A stretch of 64,000 nucleotides of DNA from Macrostomum hystrix (Eukaryota; Animalia; Platyhelminthes), in contig CATNEN010000003.1 of assembly GCA_950097015.1 (NCBI GenBank), positions 14,880,001 to 14,944,000 of the forward strand. Direction: 5' to 3'. Both the position numbers and the translations under genes were made by a program. The notes under the pieces are model-generated. The model was not told where the DNA came from. It saw nothing but the letters and a program-made list of their open reading frames with translations, and made no database searches. This document shows, piece by piece, positions 1-13,195 of the stretch (positions within the stretch are counted from its first letter, which is position 1; the number at the start of each line of letters is the position of its first letter).

Positions 1-480
1 GTGAAACTTTGAGACCGATTATGGTGAAACTTTGAGACCGATTATGGTGAGACTTTGAGACCGATTATGGTGAGACTTTGAGACCGTTTATGGTGAGATT
101 TTGAGACCGATTTCGGTTGAGATTTTGAGACCGATTTCGGTTGAGATTTTGAGACGATTACGGGTGAGATTTTGAGACGATTTCGGGTGAGATTTTGAGA
201 CGATTTCGGGTGAGATTTTGATACCGATTTCGGGTGAGATTTTGAGACGATTTCGGGTGAGATTTTGAGACGATTTCGGGTGAGATTTTGAGACGATTTT
301 GGGTGAGATTTTGAGACCGATTTCGCGTGAGATTTTGAGACCGATTTCGGGTGAGATTTTGAGACTGATTTCGGTTGAGATTTTGAGACGATTTCGGGTG
401 AGATTTTGAGACCGATTCTGCGTGAGATTTTGAAACCGACTTCGTGTAATATTGTAATGATCGATTTCGAGTGAGATTTT
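1..480. repeat. Minisatellite, ~24-25 bp unit (gtgagattttgagaccgatttcgg), in a UTP20 intron; runs off the window start
   Basis: Directly visible tandem units with gradual sequence drift. Confidence 0.95.
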
Positions 481-583
481 AGGACTTTCTAGTTTCGATT
501 TCGACCCCTATTCAGGATGTTATTCTAATACAGATATATTTTTAATGACTTGCAACTAATATGCACAATAATCCCTGTTTTAG

Positions 584-3500
584 GCAAGCATTCACACTGT
601 TCTCTAAGCTATCTTATCGCTCGAGTCGAATACTGCTTTGCCAAATAGCCGAAGTTGCCGTCACCAAACTGGGCGTAGTCAATCAGCCTCTAGGCGAATT
701 GGCAAACGATGTAAGTTTTTTAATAATAAACCTTCTATTGCTACTCACTAACAAATATCAGTAGTGTAGTTTGGTCGAGTCAATATTTTTTGTATTGACA
801 CATGAAATGGGATAATCGTTTTTTTATGATTATTGATATTTTGCTAATCTCTATAAATCACAGTCCTATCTCTGCGCTAGCAATGTTCTCTTTATTTGGC
901 ATTAATCTAGTTAATCTCTGTTTAATCTCCGTTTTGCTCTGTGTTAATGAGCCCTAATAAAGTTAATCACTATCGTTCTATGGACTCTATAAATAACTAT
1001 AAAGTACACTAATTTTCCTATCATTTTGAAATAAATAAACAAGTTTATTTAAAAACGTAGCTTGTAACCCAGTGGTCGGGAGAGGGATAGGTCGGAGGGT
1101 TAAAAAGAGGAAAAAATATATGTTCTGTTATGTTTTATCTCGTATTTCTCATTGCCCTTAGATTGGAAAGAAAAATCTATTTAAGATTAGCAAATAAATA
1201 TTTGATTAGCTTTTTCTAATCAAATCGAGTGTACTACATTTCTCTTATAAAATCTCTTGGGGAAAATAGTTTTTTTATACCTGAAAGATTTAGAATTTTG
1301 TGCTCTAGACAAATCTTCACAAATTTCTTTTAGAAGAAATTAAAAAAAGAAACATTTTTTTAAGCTCACAAATGAAGCAGTCTTTTAGTAGGGGCTATAG
1401 TTACCTTCTGTCGCTGTAAAATAATTAATTGGCCTCAACCACCAATCTGATTTTCCTTATCTTGGTTAACAATTAATTGACTTTTCCTACCAAATGATTA
1501 ATAGACAGAGACAGATACATGTGCAATCATTTTGCATATCCGTTTTTTCTTTCAGATATTTGATTTATACATGATCAAGTTCCTGTTCGGTTTCACTAAA
1601 TCAATTTCAGTCTAGAGTGCCTTAAGCTTAAATTATTTACGCACTATGCAAGACTGTATAACTAAAGTCCGATTTCATATCTAAGATCTTATTTCTGTAT
1701 GATAATAATGCATCTCTAACTGTGAGATTTCGGTTGGAAATCTGCATCTCTAACTGTGAGATTTCGGTTGGAAATCTGCATCTCTAACTGTGAGATTTGG
1801 GTTGGAAATCTGAATCTCTAACTGTGAGATTTCGGTTGGAAATCTGCATCTCTAACTGTGAGATTTGGGTTGGAAATCTGCATCTCTAACTGTGAGATTT
1901 GGGTTGGCAATCTGCATCTCTAACTGTGAGATTTAGGTTGGAAATCTGCATCTCTAACTGTGAGATTTCGGTTGGAAATCTGCATCTCTAACTGTGAGAT
2001 TTGGGTTGGAAATCTGCATCTCTAACTGTGAGATTTAGGTTGGCAATCTGCATCTCTAACTGTGAGATTTCGGTTGGAAATCTGCATCTCTAACTGTGAG
2101 ATTTCGGTTGGAAATCTGCATCTCTAACTGTGAGATTTGGGTTGGAAATCTGCATCTCTAACTGTGAGATTTGGGTTGGCAATCTGCATCTCTAACTGTG
2201 AGATTTCGGTTGGAAATCTGCATCTCTAACTGTGAGATTTGGGTTGGAAATCTGCATCTCTAACTATGAGATTTGGGTTGGAAATCTGCATCTCTAACTG
2301 TGAGATTTAGGTTGGAAATCTGCATCTCTAACTGTGAGATTTGTGTTGGAAATCTGCATCTCTAACTGTGAGATTTGGGTTGGAAATCTGCATCTCTAAC
2401 TGTGAGATTTGGGTTGGAAATCTGCATCTCTAACTGTGACATTTCGGTTGGAAATCTGCATCTCTAACTGTGAGATTTGGGTTGGAAATCTGCATCTCTA
2501 ACTGTGAGATTTGGGTTGGAAATCTGCATCTCTAACTGTGAGATTTGGGTTGGCAATCTGCATCTCTAACTGTGAGATTTAGGTTGGCAATCTGCATCTC
2601 TAACTGTGGGATTTGTGTTGGAAATCTGCATCTCTAACTGTGAGATTTGGGTTGGAAATCTGCATCTCTAACTGTGGGATTTGGGTTGGAAATCTGCATC
2701 TCTAACTGTGAGATTTGGGTTGGAAATCTGCATCTCTAACTGTGAGATTTCGGTTGGAAATCTGCATCTCTAACTGTGAGATTTGGGTTGGAAATCTGCA
2801 TCTCTAACTGTGGGATTTGTGTTGGAAATCTGCATCTCTAACTGTGAGATTTGGGTTGGAAATCTGCATCTCTAACTGTGAGATTTGGGTTGGAAATCTG
2901 CATCTCTAACTGTGAGATTTCGGTTGGAAATCTGCATCTCTAACTGTGAGATTTCGGTTGGAAATCTGCATCTCTAACTGTGAGATTTGGGTTGGAAATC
3001 TGCATCTCTAACTGTGAGATTTAGGTTGGCAATCTGCATCTCTAACTGTGAGATTTCGGTTGGAAATCTGCATCTCTAACTGTGAGATTTCGGTTGGAAA
3101 TCTGCATCTCTAACTGTGAGATTTGGGTTGGAAATCTGCATCTCTAACTGTGAGATTTGGGTTGGCAATCTGCATCTCTAACTGTGAGATTTCGGTTGGA
3201 AATCTGCATCTCTAACTGTGAGATTTGGGTTGGAAATCTGCATCTCTAACTATGAGATTTGGGTTGGAAATCTGCATCTCTAACTGTGAGATTTAGGTTG
3301 GAAATCTGCATCTCTAACTGTGAGATTTGTGTTGGAAATCTGCATCTCTAACTGTGAGATTTGGGTTGGAAATCTGCATCTCTAACTGTGAGATTTGGGT
3401 TGGAAATCTGCATCTCTAACTGTGACATTTCGGTTGGAAATCTGCATCTCTAACTGTGAGATTTGGGTTGGAAATCTGCATCTCTAACTGTGAGATTTGG

Positions 3501-5930
3501 GTTGGCAATCTGCATCTCTAACTGTGAGATTTGGGTTGGCAATCTGCATCTCTAACTGTGAGATTTAGGTTGGCAATCTGCATCTCTAACTGTGGGATTT
3601 GTGTTGGAAATCTGCATCTCTAACTGTGAGATTTGGGTTGGAAATCTGCATCTCTAACTGTGGGATTTGGGTTGGAAATCTGCATCTCTAACTGTGAGAT
3701 TTGGGTTGGAAATCTGCATCTCTAACTGTGAGATTTCGGTTGGAAATCTGCATCTCTAACTGTGAGATTTGGGTTGGAAATCTGCATCTCTAACTGTGGG
3801 ATTTGTGTTGGAAATCTGCATCTCTAACTGTGAGATTTGGGTTGGAAATCTGCATCTCTAACTGTGAGATTTGGGTTGGAAATCTGCATCTCTAACTGTG
3901 AGATTTCGGTTGGAAATCTGCATCTCTAACTGTGGGATTTCGGTTGGAAATCTGCATCTCTAACTGTGAGATTTGGGTTGGAAATCTGCATCTCTAACTG
4001 TGAGATTTCGGTTGGAAATCTGCATCTCTAACTGTGAGATTTGGGTTGGAAATCTGCATCTCTAACTGTGAGATTTAGGTTGGCAATCTGCATCTCTAAC
4101 TGTGAGATTTCGGTTGGAAATCTGCATCTCTAACTGTGAGATTTGGGTTGGCAATCTGCATCTCTAACTGTGAGATTTGGGTTGGAAATCTGCATCTCTA
4201 ACTGTGAGATTTAGGTTGGAAATCTGCATCTCTAACTGTGAGATTTGGGTTGGCAATCTGCATCTCTAACTGTGAGATTTGGGTTGGAAATCTGCATCTC
4301 TAACTGTGAGATTTGGGTTGGAAATCTGCATCTCTAACTGTGAGATTTGGGTTGGAAATCTTCATCTCTAACTCCCATCCTCCGAATCCCAACAGCTCAA
4401 CGCTTGGGACAAGCGACACGTTGACATGCCGGACTTCACTCGGCGGGAGCGCGGTCACCAAGCTGCCCTGACTGTTGTGAGGACGGCTGCCGGAACGTCT
4501 TCATCGTCTGCAGCTGACAACGGCTGGTCGGGTTTCATTCAGCGCCACCTTGAGACTATGCTCATTGCTGAGCACTGCGCCCTGCATACATTGGCCTGCA
4601 TTTCTGACGGTCCGCTGAGGCTGCTAGCTTCAGAACTGTTGCAATCTTTAGTGGCAGCGCTGGCGTCGTTGGAGTCGCTAGATTCAACGAACGAGGCGCG
4701 GCCTAGACTGCTCAATATGCTACTGTGGAAATCTATTTGGCCAGCTATTGCTCAGGGTGTCAAAATGGATGAGGTAATGAACTGATTTTGTCAAAAGGAA
4801 AATAGCATTTATCTTCAACATTTTAAATAGTTTTTTTACTGACTTTGGTACTTTTCAATGCCATTTCGATACTTGATTTGGCCCCTTTTGAAAGTTCCCC
4901 ACGAACGAGATATGATATTTCCCCCTCGCATTTTCCTCATGAATCAATCATGAACTTATCACACGCACTCGTATTAGATAGAATATGGTTCCCTATCTAT
5001 CTAGCTCTTATATTTTCTGTAGCTTAAGTGACTTTATTATTGGATGATTGAGAAGCTAATAATTATTTTATGCTTGCTTGTGTGTGTGTGTTGGGTGTGT
5101 GTCAGTGTGGCTTCTCTCCTTTGTGATCAATAATTGGTTAGGATCTGGTGTGATGGGTAGCTACTAGTTATATATATGGCATTCCTAGCTAGATTATTCG
5201 TTTTTGCTTTTTCCCTTTTTTTCCATCTCCCTTTAGCATAATATTTCACCCTCCCCCAGAAAAACTAAAGAAATATGCATTGATGCATATGATGTGAATT
5301 AGGAGCAATTTTATGCTTTTATTATTTACTGCGAGTGCAGTTTGCTGTCACAATTAGGATCAGTACTTTTATTTTCAGCTTTTAGATAGTTGTACTCTAT
5401 TTTTTTAGTTTCTAGTTGTGTGTATTGACTATTAATTCAAGCGTAAATAGTTTCGTATCTCTTCTTTTGAGTTCAATTTTCTCTTTTTAAATATGAAATT
5501 TAATATTTGTTATTACTCTTATTCGAACTCCCAAAATCGTTAACCTCTGATCCCAAACTCCACTTTAGTCGAAATCTGATCCTAAATCCCTCTATGGTCG
5601 AAATCTGATCCTAAATCCCTCTATGGTCAAACTCTGATCCTAAATCCCTCTATGGTCAAACTCTGATCCTAAATCCCTCTATTGTCAAACTCTGATCCTA
5701 AATCCCTCTATGGTCAAACTCTGATCCTAAATCCCTCTATGGTCAAACTCTGATCCTAAATCCCTCTATTGTCAAACTCTGATCCTAAATCCCCTTTATC
5801 AACCACATTTAAACCATGTCGCATTCTTAGACTCGCCGTGTTGAGTACATCGGTTTGTTCGGTCGAATTGTTGCCGACTTTGGTCACCACGCTAGACTTA
5901 ACGGTCTGGCCGGCTTGCTGCCTTCTCAGA

Positions 5931-5962
<32 letters not shown>

Positions 5963-8900
5963 GAAATGCAAGATTATATTTCTTTGGGAACTTCAACAAT
6001 TAACGATGCCAGCTTTTTTGACAATGTTCGCAGCGTCAATGTGAGTCTAAATTTTTATATCATAGCAATAATTGCAGCAGGGCTGCCGGCAATGGCACAT
6101 CATTTGGGCCCGCAGCCAGCGAGGAGGCAATTCTGCCGATTTCGCTGACTCCTGAGCACACACGCACACAGGTGTGTACATCTGCCCTGCCTTTCTCATC
6201 GTCAGGCAGTGTACACTCTCACTGTGCCTTGGAGGTTGGCCCTCAAGGGCGTAAATTGCACGACAAGCCCCCTAAGTCCCAAATGAATGTGGCCTCGCCG
6301 CGGAATCGAACTCAGGGACCTTGGTGCGAGAGTCAACCGCGTTAGACCGCTCCGGCACAGACCCCTTATATCAATGTTTGCCAGTTTTGTTACTATGCTT
6401 CATAGGAAATTGGAAAAATAGCCGTAGACTTCTTGGTCGTGAGCAGGCATAGTAATTTTCTTACCCTCCGATTTTTTTTCAGTCTGCCCGCATTGTGAAA
6501 GGCTTTCGTCAGCTGATCAGCTATCTAGCTAGCTCGCGTGCGGATTCTATACCGACCAATTTGCTATACAACTACCTCCTACCGTTGCCTATGCACTATT
6601 TGCACAGCAAAAGACTAGGCAGTTCCAAGCAACAGCAGCAGGTGTCTAGACGCAGTCTTGTTGAATCGTCGCTTGAACTCCTAGCGGCAATTAGCGCCCG
6701 CTTGCCATGGACAATGTTGAAACAATTGTTGAAACTCTGTTTGAAAGGCCTAGATGGACCCGCTACAGAGTCTAAACTGCCTGTTCGTTTGGCTGTAGCC
6801 GCATTGTCTGGTCTAGGCGAGATTTCAGATCCAACTATTGTTGTCAACGATCAATCTGAAACTAATAAATCCGAATTAGTCAATGAACGATTCGGTTTAA
6901 AACGTAAATTTTACCAATCTACTGCTAATCGGTTAGCAACTGAACTGTTGGCGTCGAATAACTCGGACAGTCCGTTAGCCTTTCTAACTCAATTCGTCTG
7001 TCCGCGTCTGGAGCGTCACCTGTGCCGAGACAAAACCGCCTCTGAGCAGCAGCATAAATTGGCACCGCGCCAGGAGCCCCAGGTCCTACAGGTGACAGTA
7101 GCCGTTGCTCTAGCGCAATTGTTAGCCAAATTGCCTAGACAGATTCGCGATCAGCGATTGCCTCGATTGATTTACCGTCTGGCTGATTTTCTGCGCAGCC
7201 GGGAACACGCCGTACGCAAAGAGGCCGGAGCTACACTAGTTCGCGTTGTACAGTTGCTAGGCAACGACTATCTAGGCTTCGTTGCTAGGGAACTAAGTCT
7301 GTTGCTAGCCAGAGGCTATACTAGGCACGTACTGGCGCACACTCTGCACGCCCTGTTGCGTCACTGCCAATCTGACGGAATGCCAAACGGCTGTCTGGAT
7401 GGCGAAACTCTCGATCGGCTGTTCAAGATCTACATGGACGAATTGCTGGGCGATTTGTCCAAAGAGAAAGAGGTGAGACCGATGCTATTTTTTTAGGTTT
7501 TGGGATTTGGCATTTAGAATCCTTTCTTCTAGATTTTGGATTCAAGATCTCATCTTCTAGATTTGGGATTTAGAATCGTTTCTTTTAGATTTGTTGTAGC
7601 CTAGTGGTTAGGGCGTCGGACTCACGACTTGAAGGTCGGTTTCGATTCCCTACTCCAATGGAACAATTTGTGTCCTTTAGCAAGACACTTAACTCTGCAT
7701 TGCTTCAGTTCACCCAGCTGTTAAATGGGTTCCAGCATTAGCTGGGATAATTGAGGGTGGGTGTGGCGTCCCCCCAGTTCATGGACTGAACAGCCGAAAG
7801 GCAGCCTTCAGATGCGCCGCGCAATAGCTGCGGCTGTGCTGTCGGCTGCACATCTGGCCTAATCGAGGCAGGTGTAATCAATGATATTAAACTCTAGGTT
7901 TGGGATTTAGGATCGTGTCTTCTAGCTTCCATTATGCAGGTATTTCAAAGCAGTTCCTCCTATCCTCAAACGTCACCCGCCAGGTCCAGGCGTTGACCCG
8001 CAAACTGCCCGAAGCGCAGCGCACCCACGCCTACAATGTGGTGCACCGTCTGGGTTCAGTTGTTGGCCCAACCGGCCTAGCCCAGATTGTCAACAACCTG
8101 GCCGATCAGTGTGCTCAGGTTCGCAGCTCAGCCGCTTTGCGCAAACTTGAGCGCTTGTGCGGCCAGCTTGAGAGAGCGGACTCGCTGCCAGGCAACTCCG
8201 GTCTAACAGCCGAACAATTGCTCACAGCTGCTCACATGCTGTGCCAGCGGGCTTCCAGTACAGCCGGCCCCAACGATAAGGCGTCGTCGCATTCCGCAAA
8301 GACATCTGGCGACAATCGTCGCGATCCAGATTGTCGACTGCTCGATCCCGAACCAGCCAGAGCCGAAACTCGGCCAGTCCAGCTAGGCAGTTATCACATT
8401 CTGCTTAGATTCGGTCTGCGTATTCTCTACGCTGTATTGCGCAACAATGCCTCAGCGTCGGCCGCTTCGCCTGTGCCACGTCGAATGCTCGATCCATTTC
8501 TAACCATTCTTGAGCAGGCATTGGACTCGCAGCATACGGCTGTGCTCACAGCTTCTCTGCAATGTCTCAGCCGTCTGGTACCATTGCATCAGCTATTATC
8601 TAGCAGCGAGGGTAAAGGCGTGGACAATCAGAACAAACCGACTAACTCAGCCTATAAGCCAATTGCTAAACGAGTCTTGAAATTATTCAACGAACAAAGC
8701 CTTCTGTGGTCAACTAGGCAACAATTGCAGCAGCCATCGCAGTTGCAGCAATTGTTGCATAAAACTCTTGCTGTTCTTGTTAGACACGACGCTCTATCGA
8801 CGCCGGATCTTGTCACCCTGATCGACTACATCGCCCTCGATGTTGACAGTCCTCACAGGGCTAGTCACGCCTTCCCGTTGTTGCGAGCTATGCTAACCAA

Positions 8901-10524
8901 ACGCTTGGATCCGAAACCGCAGCGACGTCACGAGCTAGACGTTGACACCGAGCGAGACCATGCCAGCCTGCCTACCATCATGGACGCGCTTCGTCGCTTA
9001 GCGGTCACCTCCGCTCTAGATTATGTCCGCAGTCAGTCGCGAGATTGTCTACTAATCTATCTGAGAGATTATCGCCTGCCGGCTAAGACAGTTCGCCGAT
9101 ACTTGGACTTCTTCCTCGTCCAGTTGGACTACGAGGGTTCGGATGGTCGGAGCTCGGCTGTGCAGATGTTAGCCGCTCTGATTCACTGCATGTCAGCTGA
9201 CTGGCTGCTTACTGGCGATCTAGCTGCTGTGATATTTTTTCGTCTATTAGTTGCATCTGATGCGGAGTTGAACGATCAACTGCGGGCAAGAATAACCGAC
9301 TGCATGCACGGACTATTGCGCAGATGCGGCCCAGATCAGAGGAGACAATTATTCGCTTCCACTCTGCGTCTGATTCGATGCAGCGTTGAACAATTCGCTC
9401 AACGCTTGACTCAACAGAAGCTAGGCCTCACTGGTGTGTTGGCATTCTTTGAGTACAGGCAGGATGACGGTCAGTCAGGAGTTGAGACTGCTGACGAGAA
9501 CTGGTCTACAGTAGAATTGCACAATTGTTTAGTTGAATTGCTGGATCAATTGACCAACGCTTCGTCAACAGACGATAATCAACTACAAGATATCACTGCC
9601 GAAACTAAGAAGAAAAAATCTTTACTAGATGCCGAGCAACTAGCCGAATCGGTTGATCACACTTTATTCCGTTGCGTCGATCTTCTTGGCCGATGTACAG
9701 TTGCTCTCGAACAATTCGAGCAAAAGGTTTGGCCGCTACTTGAGCGCCTGTTGGGTCACAGATTCTCTTGGATAAGAAGACGCTGTCTGCAGTTAGTGAC
9801 TAATCGTCTAGCTAAAGACATTGCAACAGCCGATGCGAACGAATCGGCGATTCAGCATTGTCGCAGTCTCGCCTTGGCATTCTTTGACCAGTTGAAATCG
9901 GCTCACCTAGACGAAGCTTGGTCGGACGATGTGGCCAGAGCTCTTGTACACCTGTGCTGTCGGGTTCATCGGTTAGAAACTAGCGAAATTAGTTCGTCTA
10001 CATTGTCGGCCGTTGGCGAAGCTAAAAGCGGCCTAGAAAAAGGCTTCTCATCCGAGTGGCTCCTACTCAGAGTTGGTCGCGAGTCTCGCTACGAGCTTCA
10101 ACATTTGCGACCGTCGACACTGCGACGTCGGTTAGCTTTGAAAGTGTGCGCCGGAGTTGTCACGGTGCTAGACGCCGACAGTTTGCAATCGTCCGGCTGT
10201 CTGCGTCGATGCCTAGCTGTGGCTGCCAGAGAATTGAGACAGCGCGAGCCGCCTCAGGAAGTCTCTGAACTTGCCCACGCCCTCTTGGACGCCTGTCGAC
10301 GCACTGTCGGTGAATCGGCCGTTGCGGCGGCCCTGGCTCAGCTGACTCGGTCGCGCAGCAACGCCAGGGCTGATCGAGCCGGCCTTCTGGCTGCGGCCGC
10401 CGTCACCCAGCCGGAGCTGTTCGCCCGCAGGAAACGACGAAAGCAGCAGAAGAAGACGGAGGCGGCCAAAGCCAAGGTGGCCAAGTTTCGACTGGCTAGG
10501 AAGGGCCAGAAGATATCTAACTAG
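584..10524 (+). CDS. UTP20: Small subunit processome component 20 (HEAT-repeat protein), 3' portion. Exons 584-710, 4396-4773, 5831-6040, 6483-7472, 7984-10524; 5' exons lie outside the window
   Basis: All exons have GT-AG borders with compatible phases. UTP20-like motifs: LNAWDKRHVDMPDFTRR, FFDNV, LRSREHAVRKEA, LARGYTRHVLAHTLH, EKE|VQALTRKLPEA, FLVQLDYEGSDGRSS, and a basic C-terminal tail. Confidence 0.88.
1708..4373. repeat. Intronic minisatellite, 34-bp unit tgcatctctaactgtgagattt(c/g/a)ggttggaaatc, ~78 copies
   Basis: Contiguous near-identical units with no unique spacers. Confidence 0.98.
5545..5795. repeat. Intronic minisatellite, 29-bp unit ctgatcctaaatccctctatggtcaaact
   Basis: ~8 tandem copies just upstream of the acceptor at 5830. 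Confidence 0.95.
6066..6358 (-). mobile_element. tRNA-derived SINE, family A (near full length)
   Basis: Minus strand begins TGCCGGAGCGG (A-box-like) ... GAGTTCGATTCC (B box). Body is shared with at least 5 other copies; A/T-rich simple tail. Confidence 0.85.
7592..7885 (+). mobile_element. tRNA-derived SINE, family B, with a CORE-like central domain
   Basis: TAGCCTAGTGG A box and TTCGATTCC B box, then tgtgtcctttagcaagacacttaactctgcattgcttcagttcacccagctgttaaatggg, which resembles the MIR/CORE domain. Five more copies in the window. Confidence 0.85.
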
Positions 10525-10987
10525 GCTGAACTATTAGGACTGATTTGTCTCCCGTGTGTCCTATGTACTTTTAGTTATTTTTCAAGTTAGACAAGTTTTG
10601 GTTTGTTTGACTAACTGTGTCAATTTAACAGTGGTTCAAATGAAAGTAATCCGTGTTTGTGTGAGAATGATTAAGCTAAAGTGCATTAAACGAAAGTGTT
10701 TTTTGCAAATTTCTCTCATTTGCAAATGCAGCAAGTTGTGGCATTTTTCAGACCTAAAATATATGCAACTTGCGCGACTTGATTTGCAAGTGATTTTGGA
10801 TGTGAAAAAGTTGTAAAAATACTTTTGTTTGTACTTTATCAGCTGCTTTTTACTTATTTTTGTTGCTTTTTAGAAACTAGTCACATTAAAAGTCTAGGCT
10901 TTTCGAGCTTACACAATGCCCCATTTTTAGGACTTTATTTAATTAATTAATTCTGCTGCTTGCTCTTTGGCTTTGTCATCTATTGGT

Positions 10988-11340
10988 TGTCTGTCTGTCT
11001 GCCTGCCTGCCTGCCTGCCTGTCTGTCTGTCTGTCTGCCTGTCTGTCTGTCTATGTGTCTGTCTGCCTGCCTGTCTGTCTGTCTATGTGTCTGTCTGTCT
11101 GCCTGCCTGCCTGACTGTCTGTCTGTCTATGTGTCTGTCCGTCTGCCTGCCTGTCTGTCTGTCTTTCTGTCTATGTGCCTGCCTGTCTGTCTGTCTGTCT
11201 GCCTGTCTGTCTATGTGTCTGTCTGTCTGTCTGCCTGTCTGTCTGTCTATGTGTCTGTCTGTCTGCCTGCCTGTCTGTCTGCCTGTCTGTCTGTCTGTCT
11301 GTTTGTCTATTTATCTCTCCATCACTCTGTCTGTCTACAT
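10988..11340. repeat. (TCTG/CCTG)n microsatellite
   Basis: Directly visible. Confidence 0.97.
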
Positions 11341-11939
11341 CCAAGTATTTATCTGCACTTGCTTTTAGTTCAGTTTCCAAGTCTCCAAATGCTAGCTTAT
11401 AATTTTAGCCAATAAAAAAGCCAAGTTAGTCATCTCACAATGCTAGCCACAATCTGAGTCTAAGAGTATTGATTTAGTAATATACGCTTTTTATTCGTAG
11501 ACTTGGGCCAGCAAGAAAAATTGGGGGGACAATAAATCATTCCTAATCGTGCCATGTAGCCTATTTTTTCGCTTTGATTTGCAATGGCTTTCAGTCGAAT
11601 AATTGCACTCGCTTATAGAAATAATGCATCATCACTATAGCTAAATCAGCTGAACAGTTCATCTGAAAATGTCAACTCGTTTTTTCCCCAGCAATTTGTA
11701 CCAGATTGCAGATTTTTTCTAGGCATTCTATTTGGGTACAAAATCACCTAGTTTAAAGTGGTCGCGTCGCGTATTTGAAATTCTGATTTATTACGCATTC
11801 TCAGTGTGTCACATTCGCTGACACATCCAATTAGCTTACATAAACATTTTTTAGAAAGCTTGGTTGGTTCTACCTCAATGACTTCAAACAATTTGGCTTA
11901 ATAGTCGTTGAAGCATAGTGATTCAGGACAATAGCCAAG

Positions 11940-12116
11940 AATAATAATTGATTGCACCTGCCCCAATCGGGCCAGATGTGCAGCCGACAGCACAGCCGCA
12001 GCTAATGCGCGGCGCATCTGAAGGCTGCGTACGGCTGTTCAGTCCATGGACATAAACCCCATGCTGGGTACCAGCTGTTAAGCATAGTCTGGAGTCGGGA
12101 ATCGAACCCCCGACCT
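11940..12116 (-). mobile_element. SINE family B copy, internally deleted
   Basis: Reverse complement of the 3' body and B box of 7592-7885; (aat)n tail. Confidence 0.8.
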
Positions 12117-13195
12117 TGAATAATATATCATCGTCTTCTAGACACGTAGATCGTAGATCAATAAGTAGACTTTGTTAAAAAAGACTGTTTCATCCTATTC
12201 TCAAACTACAACAGGAACAAATACGATTAGACTGCTTGTTCTCTGCTAGTTCAGTAGGCATCAAATGGAAAACTATGTAGACCAAGTTTACTGATATTTG
12301 TGTTTGTTCAGCTGGCTGGAATGTAAAGCTAATTTACACACACACACAGCTAATGGAATACAACAGTTTCAAAGCATAATCTTACTCCTATTGTTATACG
12401 TGTATTATTAACTACACATCTCAGTTCGCACACTACACTTGGACAGCGTCTGAAAAAGATAGTAGATTATGCATACACTGGAGCAACAACGACAGATTAT
12501 TAGCAGATTATTAGATTATCTCTGCATCTATTGAGACAGCTATCGCTATGCATGTAGTTTAACTGTTGTTTGTATATAACTAAGCTAAACTTGCACTATT
12601 TGCACACACTCATATGACACAACGTATAGTTGGTTGCAGCAGCACTAACAATGGATCTTCTGAATTCGTGTCGCATCCATTAGCCTGAACTAATCAGTTT
12701 GAGTAGCTTTGAGTAGTGCCAGGACAGACATAGAGAGAGAGAGAACTGCGTCTGATTTTGCGTCTGACAAGCTTTCCAAAACTGTGTTCACTCTGGTGGG
12801 ATCGCAGTTCAACTAGCTAGGTTTTTGACGCTAATTAAATAATTAATAAGAATATTGATTGCGCTGTTCCATAATTATAATTGACTGACGACGATGCTGA
12901 CTTCATCGATGAATGAGTAGATTGGCAGTTTTGTCAATTATCAAACGCTCTTTACAATTGCTTGGTAGATTAGTTACCGTGTCCTTATAGAACAGACCTT
13001 GCCTGTTACGGCAACGAAATCTACAAAATATCACCCAGTAAATAGGTTAAAACAGAATAGATAAATTTTTGCTAAGTCACAGAACAAAAGAAGAAAAAGA
13101 ATTAAACGTTTTATTCATTACTTATTTATGTATGAGGTATCTATTTGTGAGTAATCATTGGTAGATAGAAGATGGATAGATTGAAATGAGTCCTA

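Noticed and set aside
1708-4373. CRISPR-like array (34-bp partially palindromic repeat)
   Set aside because: Units are contiguous with no unique spacers, there are no cas genes, and it lies in a eukaryotic intron.
5545-5795. tctatggt in the 29-bp minisatellite as tandem recombination sites
   Set aside because: Only a 7-8 bp match, without the flanking g and aaaagt context; likely chance.
6108-6130. HDV-like ribozyme in SINE A (GCCTCCTCGCTGGC on the minus strand matches my recollection of the HDV P3/L3 sequence)
   Set aside because: No matching P1 5' strand, no GG for P1.1 and no J4/2-P2 closure; the adjacent ggctgcg pairs with a downstream cgcagcc instead. An Infernal or RNArobo scan would settle it.
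7592-7660. tRNA genes at SINE heads (also ~6290-6358 and 28445-28515)
   Set aside because: A/B boxes are present but there is no complete cloverleaf, and each continues into a dispersed repeat body and tail.
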